A stretch of 42,994 bases of DNA from a bacterium. Lineage in GTDB: Bacteria > Patescibacteriota > Minisyncoccia > Phycocordibacterales > UBA918. The stretch lies in assembly GCA_027487145.1 (NCBI GenBank), contig JAIYEC010000069.1, positions 1 through 42,994 of the forward strand. Reading direction: 5' to 3'. The notes beneath the pieces are model-generated. The model ran no database searches. It was not told where the DNA came from and was given only the letters and a program-made list of their open reading frames with translations. The position numbers and the translations under genes were made by a program. Position 1 is the stretch's first letter, and each line of letters opens with the position of its first letter. Below are positions 23,280-32,259 of the stretch, piece after piece.

Positions 23280-26051
23280 ATGTACGAAGGAGTTCCAAAA
23301 CAATTTTCATCTCCCGATGAGGAGATTGAGTATTTGCGTAGGCGTATCGCTGAACGTGAGCGAGAGTTACTTTCGCGGACTCCAGAGATTGATCGAGCTG
23401 ATGTTGAGACCATCGGTAAACAAGAGATAAATCAATATGTCAGTTTTACCCCGAAACTGGTACTTGATAAAAATTATCAAATCTCAGATGAAGAGCTACG
23501 ACACTCAACTGAACTTTTAGAGCTCTCACATGATCCTGCCGAGGATATTATGAGAAAAAAAAAAAAAAAAGGGGTACGAAACGCTCTTTCGGTTCTTGAG
23601 TCTACCCAAAATGCCTTTGTGGTTGATGAGGTACATCGTCGTTTAATTGAGTATATTAGGGGTGGGGCACAATTGGCTGACCTCAAAGAAGGTCTTCCGG
23701 TTTGGCACTTGCTTCATATGACGCTCTACGAGATCACCTTACCTGCTCGCAAAAATGCTGAAGACGGCGCTAAAGATTTCACGCGTCTTATCGGCATGAT
23801 GGAACAACTTTTTTCTGGTTTGCGGACGCTTGGTGCAGCTCGGATGGGGAATCACTTTGTCCTTGAAGTGGCAGTAGCTGACCAAAGTGACGACATTGTG
23901 TATTACGCCTCTGTTCCAAATGAATACGCGCAATTATTTGAAAAACATACCTTGTCGCTCTTTCCGCACGCTATCTTAACTATCCAGCCACATGACTACA
24001 ATATCTTCGTAGATAGTGGTACCACCTTGGTGACAGAAGTGGGTCTAAAAAAACACCCAATTTACCCACTCAAGCAGCTTGAGACTTTTAGTGGTGATCC
24101 GTTTGCGACAATTTTAAATGCCTTTTCAAAGATTGAACGTGAGGGTGGGGGAGCTGCGCTTCAATTTGCCATTCGGTTTCCTGACAAGAAGTATCATGAG
24201 ACCTATGAATCTATTATTAAAGAAGTAGAGAAGGGAACGAAACCGCAGGAGGCAATTGATCGAAGTACTATGATGGGTGAGTTCAAGAACACCGTCACAG
24301 GTTTACTTTTTTCTGGAGGTGCCAAACCAAAAGAATCAACTCTTGAGCCTAAAACCATAGACTCGCGAGCGATTGAGTTATTCCGACAAAAAACAACAGC
24401 CGAAATTGTTGAAGTTAATATTAGAATGGTAGTTTCTGCTAAAGAAGAACGGAGGGCCGTTCAAGTTCTTTCTGAACTTGAGTCAACCTTCCATCAATTT
24501 GGTCAGGTTGATGCAAACTCATTCACCTTTAATCGAATCCGCAGCGGCGCGGTGCGAAAGGCTGCTAAGGCTTTTGCCTTTCGTGAATTTAGCCAAAAAT
24601 CAGCTTTACCTCTGTCGCTTAAGGAGCTCTCTGCGGTTATTCACTTTCCAGAAGATGGTCTTGATTCAACCCCGCAGTTTAAGCAATCGACGTCAAAAAC
24701 TGCTCCAGCGCCTAATGACATGCCAACCACTGGGTCTATTTTGGGTATCAATAAACATCGTGGGGCAGAGAAGCCAATCTACCTTACCGAGAAAGACCGC
24801 ATGCGACATTTTTATGTCATCGGACAGACTGGAACCGGTAAGTCGAAATTCCTCACCAACCTCATCAGTCAGGATATTAGAGATGGTGCAGGCGTGTGTT
24901 TTATCGATCCACACGGCACAGACATTGAAGAGGTGTTAGGGTCTGTTCCGCCTGAACGAGAGCAAGATGTTATCTATTTTGATCCGTCTCGGACTGACCG
25001 AGTGGTTGGTCTCAATATGCTGGAGTACGATGTCACAAAACCAGAACAAAAAACCTTCGTCGTAAATGAGCTGTTTTCAATTTTCCAAAAACTCTATGGT
25101 GCCAACCCTGAATCAATGGGTCCTATGTTTGAGCAGTACTTCCGTAATGCCACCATGCTCGTGATGGAAGACCCAGAGAGCGGAAATACACTGATGGATA
25201 TTTCGCGAGTGATGGCTGATGCTCGGTATCGCCGACAGAAATTAGAAAAATGTACTAATCCTGTAGTCGTACAGTTTTGGCGAGAAATTGCTGGTAAAGC
25301 AGGTGGGGAAGCATCGCTGGAAAACATTGTGCCGTACATTACGTCAAAAATTGATCCGCTTACCGCCAACGACTACATTCGACCAATTATCGGCCAGCAA
25401 AAATCATCTTTCAATTTCCGCCAGTTGATGGATGAACGGAAGATTCTGTTGGTCAATCTTTCAAAGGGTCGTCTTGGCGAACTAAACGCTAATCTCATTG
25501 GAATGATCTTTGTTGGAAAGATTCTCATGGCTGCGCTTTCACGAGTGGATGATCCGACGGCAAGCTTCGCACCGTTCTACCTCCACATTGATGAGTTCCA
25601 AAATATCTCGACCCCGTCAATTGCTTCCATTTTGTCTGAGGCCCGTAAGTATAAACTTGGACTTGCTGTGGCTCATCAGTACATTGCCCAACTTGATCCA
25701 GTCATTAGAGATGCGGTATTTGGAAACGTAGGTTCGATGGCGGTATTTCGAGTTGGAAACGAAGATGCCCAAGCTCTTGAGAATCAGTTCCATCCCGTAT
25801 TTTCAGTTCATGATATTATGAACATTCCTAATTTTAATGCGTACGTGCGAGTCCTCGCCAACGGTGTGCCGACACAACCATTTAGTATAGCTACCTTACC
25901 GCCAATTCACTCAGATCCGGTAAGAGCAGCTCAGCTGATGCAACTCAGTCTTTCTCGATATGGTCGGGCACGCTATGAAGTTGAGGCTGAAATTCAGGCA
26001 CGCTACCAAAAACCGGTGATACCGCCGCCAATTCCTACGGGGATGATGTAG
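23280..26051 (+). CDS. VirD4/TraD-like (type IV coupling protein family) P-loop ATPase, soluble, with ~480-aa unknown N-terminal region
   Basis: Walker A FYVIGQTGTGKSKF, FIDPHG, Walker B FYLHIDEFQN, and ARKYKLGLAVAHQYIAQL, which resembles the TraG/TraD C-terminal motif. No TM helix is visible. Contains an A16 tract at 23555-23570. Confidence 0.7.
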   Translation: MYEGVPKQFSSPDEEIEYLRRRIAERERELLSRTPEIDRADVETIGKQEINQYVSFTPKLVLDKNYQISDEELRHSTELLELSHDPAEDIMRKKKKKGVRNALSVLESTQNAFVVDEVHRRLIEYIRGGAQLADLKEGLPVWHLLHMTLYEITLPARKNAEDGAKDFTRLIGMMEQLFSGLRTLGAARMGNHFVLEVAVADQSDDIVYYASVPNEYAQLFEKHTLSLFPHAILTIQPHDYNIFVDSGTTLVTEVGLKKHPIYPLKQLETFSGDPFATILNAFSKIEREGGGAALQFAIRFPDKKYHETYESIIKEVEKGTKPQEAIDRSTMMGEFKNTVTGLLFSGGAKPKESTLEPKTIDSRAIELFRQKTTAEIVEVNIRMVVSAKEERRAVQVLSELESTFHQFGQVDANSFTFNRIRSGAVRKAAKAFAFREFSQKSALPLSLKELSAVIHFPEDGLDSTPQFKQSTSKTAPAPNDMPTTGSILGINKHRGAEKPIYLTEKDRMRHFYVIGQTGTGKSKFLTNLISQDIRDGAGVCFIDPHGTDIEEVLGSVPPEREQDVIYFDPSRTDRVVGLNMLEYDVTKPEQKTFVVNELFSIFQKLYGANPESMGPMFEQYFRNATMLVMEDPESGNTLMDISRVMADARYRRQKLEKCTNPVVVQFWREIAGKAGGEASLENIVPYITSKIDPLTANDYIRPIIGQQKSSFNFRQLMDERKILLVNLSKGRLGELNANLIGMIFVGKILMAALSRVDDPTASFAPFYLHIDEFQNISTPSIASILSEARKYKLGLAVAHQYIAQLDPVIRDAVFGNVGSMAVFRVGNEDAQALENQFHPVFSVHDIMNIPNFNAYVRVLANGVPTQPFSIATLPPIHSDPVRAAQLMQLSLSRYGRARYEVEAEIQARYQKPVIPPPIPTGMM

Positions 26052-26068
26052 AATACAGGTAATACTGT

Positions 26069-27262
26069 ATGAATGAGACAGAAGAGAAAGAATTATCTAT
26101 CGATACTCCTGCGGGGCTGCAAGAATTTTTGCGGTTTATTGAAGATGTCTACAGCGATTTTGTCGTGGCACTACAGCAAACAGCTGGCGCGGAAGTCTTG
26201 GTCAGTGGCGATTTGCTAGCGGTTGAAACCGCCAGGCACAAAGCGCAGGAGCTGGTGGCGCACCACTCTAAGGTTCTTGATTTTGGCGGCGAGATTTTCC
26301 AAGAAGATATTACCGAGTTACAGTCACTGTACGACACTATTGCTTCAGCTCATGATCGAATTGTTACTCCTCAGCATCATCCTGCCACCACACACGATGC
26401 CTACGAGGTACTCGAAGATGGTCTCACAGGAATCGATTCAACACTTGATCGCGCGAAACTCTTAGCGATTCACGCTGATGAGCTCGTGTATGAGTTTAGT
26501 GAACTTGAAACTGCGAAAATTACTACCCCAGAACTGAAGTTAGGAAAGTTACTATACGAGCAATTAAAAGCCACCGCTGCAAGCACGGTTATGAAAGTGC
26601 AAGAGATTGAGCGAGCAACCGCCTTTGGTGTGTCTGGTGATATTATTGCTGTGGCGCAAAGGGTTGATCAAGAACTCGATACATTGACCCAAACACTGGA
26701 GCAACTTCAAAAGAGTCTTTTGCGGTTTTTTGAAACAGATACGTTTACCGATCAGGTTCCAGAGCGAAAAGATGCGCTCGAAGCAATGAGAAAAAACGAA
26801 CGCGCGGCTAAGTTGTTTGACCAACCTTCTTTTTTCACTGGCGTAGTAAAAGAAGTACTCAAAGAACCAAGAAATCGATCGATTCTGCAAGCTCGGTACA
26901 GTTCGCCGGCTGCATTTGAAGCAGCTCTCAAACGAGAGGTGTATCGGGTTGAAGCACCCTCTAAATTAGACGCTCTTCTGGGAATTAAACACGAAAGTGC
27001 TTTTGCGTTTTTAAAGGGTATGACACTGTCAGCTATTGATTCGTTTGATTCTCAAGCTCGCGAAACAATCAGGGCGACTCTGGCAGAAAAAAATATCCCA
27101 TACGAAACGTACATGGCGTGGATGCAAGCCATGCCATACCTTGAGTCTTATGTAGAAGCACATGACGATATGACATTCATTGAACTATTTGTCCGTAGTG
27201 AAATTGAAATGCTATCGATTGAAATAGAAACGGCTCGTAATTCACAGGGTGTTCATAACTGA
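26069..27262 (+). CDS. hypothetical acidic alpha-helical protein
   Basis: 397-aa ORF starting 17 nt after the ATPase gene. No motif recognised. Confidence 0.6.
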   Translation: MNETEEKELSIDTPAGLQEFLRFIEDVYSDFVVALQQTAGAEVLVSGDLLAVETARHKAQELVAHHSKVLDFGGEIFQEDITELQSLYDTIASAHDRIVTPQHHPATTHDAYEVLEDGLTGIDSTLDRAKLLAIHADELVYEFSELETAKITTPELKLGKLLYEQLKATAASTVMKVQEIERATAFGVSGDIIAVAQRVDQELDTLTQTLEQLQKSLLRFFETDTFTDQVPERKDALEAMRKNERAAKLFDQPSFFTGVVKEVLKEPRNRSILQARYSSPAAFEAALKREVYRVEAPSKLDALLGIKHESAFAFLKGMTLSAIDSFDSQARETIRATLAEKNIPYETYMAWMQAMPYLESYVEAHDDMTFIELFVRSEIEMLSIEIETARNSQGVHN

Positions 27263-27304
27263 TAGTCATATTACTTTCAAAAAGAGTGTTATCATATTCG
27301 TATT

Positions 27305-28804
27305 ATGGTGAATGTTGGTTCTTTGCCCGTGGTGGGAGATAGGCTCTTTGATTTAGATACACAAGCAGGTATCACTGCGGTGCTATTAGCAGTTCGTGCC
27401 AGTGATTTGCCAGTAGCTGAAAAAAATGAATTACGAGATCTCGTCTTCCTCTATACCAATGGTGGGAGAGATCAAAGTGTACGATTAAGTCTTGAACAAA
27501 AGATCACTACCGCTGGGCTCGTACCAACAACACCTAAAAAAACTTCCGTCGCAAATCAGGAACCAAAACGTGAACTACCGACGATTGGGACATTTCGAAG
27601 TGCTCCTTCGTTCTCGGTTCCAGTTGTGCCAACTCCAGAGGTTGTCGTAAAGCCAGTCGTTGAGCCAGCTCCTGTCGTTCAGTCTGCACCTGTTTACTCT
27701 TCTATTCCAGAACCAGTACCGGTAAAGCCCGCTCCACTTTTTTCGCAACAACCCACTGTTTCTGTAGGAGAAGTTGAGTCGCTCCATGAGGACGTCCAGG
27801 TGCCACCAGTGGCAATGCCAAAAGCCGACCAACAACAATATCTTGATCGAATTCGCGAGATAAAATCCCTCGTCAACGAAAAGGTTGGAAACCCGGTTAA
27901 TTTAGTTGATATCAACAATGAAGTTGGGCGAGAATACATGAGCGCTCTTTTGGATGCAATGAAGCGCATCAATAGTGGTATGTCTGCAGACAGTGCGATG
28001 GTTCGTCTTGAGGCGGCGTACCAAGCGGTAGAAGATACACTGCGAAGTGTGGGGTCTGAAGTTGTTCCGCCTAAGATGGAGGCAGAGGTGGCTCCTGCTC
28101 CGGTAGTAGAGGAAGCGTATGTTGCACCGGTACCACCACCAGCCCCACTGCCTGTGTATGCTGCGCCAACACCTCAGCCAGTCATTCCTGCACAAGCACC
28201 TACTCCTTCGTACCAACCCGTAGTTGCGCCAACTCCTGCGTATGAGCCGCTTTCGCAGTACCAGTCACCAGCTGAGTCAGTCGTACCGCCGACAAAACAC
28301 GTTGAACCAGTAGCTGTTGTGCAGCCGGTTGTACCAATGCCTAACTATAATCAGACACCAACGACACCTACCGTTCACTCTCCAGTACCACATTCGTTCT
28401 CATCTCTTGCTGATATGGTCCAACAGTCTCACGCTCAGTCAGGACTACCAGTAACCCCGGCGACAAGTATGCCACTTCAGTCTGGCGACCCACTTCTCTC
28501 AGTACAGGTTGAAGAAGGTCTCACTCAACTTCTTTCAGAGTGGTCAATCTTCAAGAAGAGTGGCATCTTTGGTACTGGTCCGAAAGGTCGCGAACATCCC
28601 CTCTATAAAAAAATGGCAGAGTTACAGATCCCTTTACTCTTAGCTGGTAGATTTGAAGGCGCAACCCAAGAAGTCCGACAAAGTCTCACTGATTACATGA
28701 ATGGGTGGCGATATGAGCAAGGTCTTATTTACGAAAAAGGTGAGACGTTTGAACACTATCTGAGGCGGGTTATACGACACATCCTTGACCAGCAAGCGCG
28801 ATAG
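27305..28804 (+). CDS. hypothetical protein with long Pro/Val/Ala-rich linkers
   Basis: 499-aa ORF with two proline-rich low-complexity stretches separating three small globular segments. No motif recognised. Confidence 0.6.
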   Translation: MVNVGSLPVVGDRLFDLDTQAGITAVLLAVRASDLPVAEKNELRDLVFLYTNGGRDQSVRLSLEQKITTAGLVPTTPKKTSVANQEPKRELPTIGTFRSAPSFSVPVVPTPEVVVKPVVEPAPVVQSAPVYSSIPEPVPVKPAPLFSQQPTVSVGEVESLHEDVQVPPVAMPKADQQQYLDRIREIKSLVNEKVGNPVNLVDINNEVGREYMSALLDAMKRINSGMSADSAMVRLEAAYQAVEDTLRSVGSEVVPPKMEAEVAPAPVVEEAYVAPVPPPAPLPVYAAPTPQPVIPAQAPTPSYQPVVAPTPAYEPLSQYQSPAESVVPPTKHVEPVAVVQPVVPMPNYNQTPTTPTVHSPVPHSFSSLADMVQQSHAQSGLPVTPATSMPLQSGDPLLSVQVEEGLTQLLSEWSIFKKSGIFGTGPKGREHPLYKKMAELQIPLLLAGRFEGATQEVRQSLTDYMNGWRYEQGLIYEKGETFEHYLRRVIRHILDQQAR

Positions 28805-29018
28805 AACGCCTTCAAAATCCTCCAATACTTCGTTGCTTTCACAAAAGTTTCTTTCACTGTACACCAAGTACACCTCAAGAAACTTTCTTTCCTTCTTACA
28901 GAAGCTGTCTACTCATTGGATATTTTCTTGCTTCGCTTTAAAATATCTCAATGAGTCTTGCGCTATGGGGCCTATCCCATAGCTCACGCCTTGTCTTGAA
29001 GCATTTTGAAGCGTTCTA
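28802..29018 (+). repeat. post-stop structured repeat, copy B (long form)
   Basis: Closing stem tagaacgc-c-ttcaaaat (28802-28818) / attttgaagcgttcta (29003-29018). P2 is aaagtttctt (28844-28853) / aagaaacttt (28877-28886). P1 is tgtac-accaa-gtaca (28858-28872). Carries an inserted module at 28892-28996 with two hairpins. Confidence 0.9.
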
Positions 29019-29029
29019 GAAAACAAATT

Positions 29030-29059
29030 TTGACATCGACGGCAAGAGAGATACATAAT
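29030..29059 (+). promoter_or_regulatory. promoter of the holB-like gene (leaderless configuration)
   Basis: TTGACA (29030-29035), 18 nt spacer, CATAAT (29054-29059), then 7 nt to the ATG at 29067. Confidence 0.55.
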
Positions 29060-29066
29060 AGATAGT

Positions 29067-29663
29067 ATGACATCCCATCATGCTGTTTTGCTCAGCACAG
29101 AGCTTCCGTTACTATTTGAACCAGAACATGTTCCGAGTTTGGTTTATAAAGAACCGCAGTGTGGTATTGATTTAGTTCGTACCCTTATTTCGGCCGCTTA
29201 TCGTCGCCCCGCAGGAGAAGAGACGGAGCAACTCATCATGGTCGCGACAGAATTTATCACAGAGGAAGCGCAGCAGGCACTTTTAAAAATAATTGAAGAG
29301 CCGCCACTTTCAACTAAGTTCTTGTTTGTGTTGCCGCAAGGATATTCGCTTTTGCCAACACTAGAGTCTCGGTTTGAAAGACAGACAGCTGGAGGTACAC
29401 AAGTTGATCAGTCGGTATTTCAAGCCTTTTTGACTGCCACGTACGCACAGCGGCTGTCAGCTATCGAAGACGCAGCCAAGAAAAAAGACCACCTCTGGCA
29501 GATGGCGATTAAACGGGGATTGCTTTCATACGTACAAACAGCTCGAACTAATCTGTCATATGATGTAATTCGGGAGCTAGAGTATGTTGGACGACTACTT
29601 CTCACCCGCGGCGCTTCAAACAAATTCCTCTTAGAGCATCTGGCGCTCACGTTGCCAGCTTAA
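29067..29663 (+). CDS. holB: DNA polymerase III delta-prime-like protein, short form without P-loop
   Basis: FITEEAQQALLKIIEEPPLSTKFLFVLPQGYSLLPTLESR matches the clamp-loader sensor/box VII region (NALLKTLEEPP...TI.SR). At only 198 aa, no Walker A is present. Confidence 0.6.
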   Translation: MTSHHAVLLSTELPLLFEPEHVPSLVYKEPQCGIDLVRTLISAAYRRPAGEETEQLIMVATEFITEEAQQALLKIIEEPPLSTKFLFVLPQGYSLLPTLESRFERQTAGGTQVDQSVFQAFLTATYAQRLSAIEDAAKKKDHLWQMAIKRGLLSYVQTARTNLSYDVIRELEYVGRLLLTRGASNKFLLEHLALTLPA

Positions 29664-29713
29664 TATTACGACAAAAAAATGCTACACTGCTATACATAAC
29701 AGTTTTTCATCGT

Positions 29714-30256
29714 ATGGAACAAGCAGTCAAAGCAAAATTACAAGAAGTGAACGAGTGGCTCCAAAAAGAGTACGCGGGTATTAGATCGGGACAGGCTAAC
29801 CCGCTCTTACTGGATAGTATCCGGGTAGAGAGTTACGGAACCTTCGTACCAGTCAATCAGGTAGGTAGTGTTAACATTGAAGATGCTCGAACGCTTCGTG
29901 TGAGTGTGTGGGACAAGGGAGCTGTTTCAGCTATTGAAAAAGCCGTCCGTGACGCAGACCTGGGAGTCTCTACCGCTGCTGACTCAGATGGTATCCGAAT
30001 TATCTTCCCAGAACTTACAACTGAACGTCGGGCTCAACTCTTGAAGTTGGCTAAGTCAAAACTCGAAGATGCTCGCATTTCAGTCCGGGCTGTCCGTGAT
30101 GAGTTCATGAAGACTATCGATAAACAACAAAAAGATGGTGAAATCAGTGAAGACGAAAAATTCACCTTAAAAGAGAAGATTCAAGGACAGGTAGACAATA
30201 CTAATCGATCGCTCGAAACAATTTTTAATCATAAAGAAGTCGAACTTCAAAAATAA
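29714..30256 (+). CDS. frr: ribosome recycling factor
   Basis: 180 aa. ...EYAGIRSGQANPLLLDSIRVESYG... and ...PELTTERR..L.K... fit typical RRF. Confidence 0.9.
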   Translation: MEQAVKAKLQEVNEWLQKEYAGIRSGQANPLLLDSIRVESYGTFVPVNQVGSVNIEDARTLRVSVWDKGAVSAIEKAVRDADLGVSTAADSDGIRIIFPELTTERRAQLLKLAKSKLEDARISVRAVRDEFMKTIDKQQKDGEISEDEKFTLKEKIQGQVDNTNRSLETIFNHKEVELQK

Positions 30257-30258
30257 CT

Positions 30259-31350
30259 ATGTCTATTCTTCTCTTTATTCTCGTTCTCTTTGTACTTGTT
30301 TTAGTGCATGAGTGGGGACACTTCATCACTGCTAAGAAGACCGGCATGCGGGTTGATGAGTTTGCTATCGGCTTTCCGCCAAAGTTATTTGGGATCAAGA
30401 AAGGGGAGACTACCTACAACTTCAACCTCTTGCCAATTGGTGGTTATGTAAAAATTTACGGAGAAAATCGTGAAGAAGGCGAAGAGCCGACAACTGATAG
30501 CGCTCGTGCGTTTCATGCGAGGCCAAAGTGGGCTCAGGCAGTAGTGCTTTTGGCTGGTATCACCATGAATATTCTCTTTGCGTGGTTTTTATTCTCAGTG
30601 ACACTGATGATTGGTGTACCACAAGCCGTCGATGAAGGGACTGCTACAGAGAAGGCTACACTCATTGTTGCCGGGACTCTTAAAGATGCGCCGGCTGACG
30701 GAGTACTCCCAGTTGGAGCAGAAATCATTAGTGTTTCAGCCGGCGATCGTTCTCTGACACAACCATCTCCAGCCAGCTTTAGCGAGTTTATTAGCAGCAC
30801 CGGTGAAAATCCCGTAATGGTTTCCTTCGTACATGAAGGAAAAGAGGAGTCAGTAGCTGTCCTACCAAAGACCGGTTTGGTTGCTGACGCTCCGGAGAGG
30901 GCCATTATTGGTACATCGCTCGCCTTTATAGAGACAAAACAATTAGGTATTGTGTCGGCCGTTATTGAAGGTGCAAAGATGACAGTACAGGGAACCGTCG
31001 GTATCGTATCTGGTCTTTATACACTCATTGCTCAATCTATAGAGGGGACGGCCGATTTTGCTTCGGTCGCTGGTCCGGTCGGAATTGTCGGTATGGTGGG
31101 TGACGCTGCCTCATATGGTCTGACGCCACTTCTCACCTTCACCGCTATTATTTCACTGAACTTGGCAGTAATTAACTTACTACCATTTCCAGCTCTTGAT
31201 GGCGGACGACTGCTGTTTGTTGCGATTGAAGCGGTGACTCGAAAAGAAATTCCACCAGCGTGGACAGGTTGGACTAATTTGATAGGGTTTGCGCTTCTGA
31301 TGCTATTAATGGCTGCCGTTACCTTCAACGACATCAGTCGGCTTCTATAA
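30259..31350 (+). CDS. rseP: RIP (site-2) zinc metalloprotease, M50 family
   Basis: HEWGHF (HExxH) in TM1, a PDZ-like middle region, and NLLPFPALDGG near the C-terminus. Confidence 0.9.
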   Translation: MSILLFILVLFVLVLVHEWGHFITAKKTGMRVDEFAIGFPPKLFGIKKGETTYNFNLLPIGGYVKIYGENREEGEEPTTDSARAFHARPKWAQAVVLLAGITMNILFAWFLFSVTLMIGVPQAVDEGTATEKATLIVAGTLKDAPADGVLPVGAEIISVSAGDRSLTQPSPASFSEFISSTGENPVMVSFVHEGKEESVAVLPKTGLVADAPERAIIGTSLAFIETKQLGIVSAVIEGAKMTVQGTVGIVSGLYTLIAQSIEGTADFASVAGPVGIVGMVGDAASYGLTPLLTFTAIISLNLAVINLLPFPALDGGRLLFVAIEAVTRKEIPPAWTGWTNLIGFALLMLLMAAVTFNDISRLL

Positions 31351-31357
31351 ATCACCC

Positions 31358-31448
31358 CATCTGCGTCGTTGTGTTCATTAAAAATTCTTTCAATGTACAG
31401 TAAGTACACCTCACAAAATTTTCTGCTCGCGACGCGCATCTCCGATAC
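31358..31448 (+). repeat. post-stop structured repeat, copy C
   Basis: ctgcgtcgttgtgttc...tcaa-tgtac-agtaa-gtaca-cctc (P1 at 31394-31408)...ctgctcgcgacgcgcatct. It begins 8 nt after the rseP stop. Confidence 0.8.
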
Positions 31449-31487
31449 TAAGTTAAGTCTTTTAGCTTAGTATAAATACCAACTCCT

Positions 31488-32219
31488 ATGATAAAAGAAA
31501 ATGCAAAAATATATGACATTAATAAATTTCCCAAAGACTGGGGTATTATTGTATTCCCAATTTCAATGAGCCGTATAGCAAACGCTCAGTCTCCAGAGGA
31601 ATGTATTAAGGCACTAGGATTCTTTTTGGAAAAGATTCAGACAAACAGAGTGGGTGCTAATTTCGTTTATTCTGAAGGGTTATATATGAATTTTGAGGAG
31701 AAGGCTTATGAGACAAAAAATAAATTTGCACAGGACTCAATTAGTCATATGCAAGGAGTACGAAACCTGGTCGCAAAAAATCATTGGCGTTTTCAGATTG
31801 ACCACGCATTTAGTTTTCAGGCATGGTTTCAAATGTATCTTGCATACAAAGATTTTATCAGTGCTATGAAAACAGTTCGAGCTTTGTATGATAATGACGT
31901 TACTTTTCAAAAAGTTGTGGAGCTTGACGCAAGATCAGTTGGGCGACTATTGGACGAAAAACAATTAAACTTTTTTCTTGAAGAATTTACTTTTACATAT
32001 TTGCTTATTAATAGAGAGTTACGATTAAGTAATGAATTTGTAAATGATAGGGAACAGTGGGTATTAGAGGTGTATCCCGGAAAGCCTTTATTGGGTCAGG
32101 CATACTTAGTCCAGCAAGATCCTTTAAAAATAAATGATGATTCAAATCCATATAAAGGCCAATATAACCTTCTTACAAATAAGTTTATACCGTACTCAGA
32201 ATTTGGCTTTGAGCTTTAA
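31488..32219 (+). CDS. hypothetical protein, AT-rich gene (family unknown)
   Basis: 243-aa ORF with visibly lower GC than its neighbours. See the finding on weak cyclodipeptide-synthase-like features. Confidence 0.6.
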   Translation: MIKENAKIYDINKFPKDWGIIVFPISMSRIANAQSPEECIKALGFFLEKIQTNRVGANFVYSEGLYMNFEEKAYETKNKFAQDSISHMQGVRNLVAKNHWRFQIDHAFSFQAWFQMYLAYKDFISAMKTVRALYDNDVTFQKVVELDARSVGRLLDEKQLNFFLEEFTFTYLLINRELRLSNEFVNDREQWVLEVYPGKPLLGQAYLVQQDPLKINDDSNPYKGQYNLLTNKFIPYSEFGFEL

Positions 32220-32259
32220 TTTATCAACAATGCTAGAATCACACTTATAAAACAACGAT

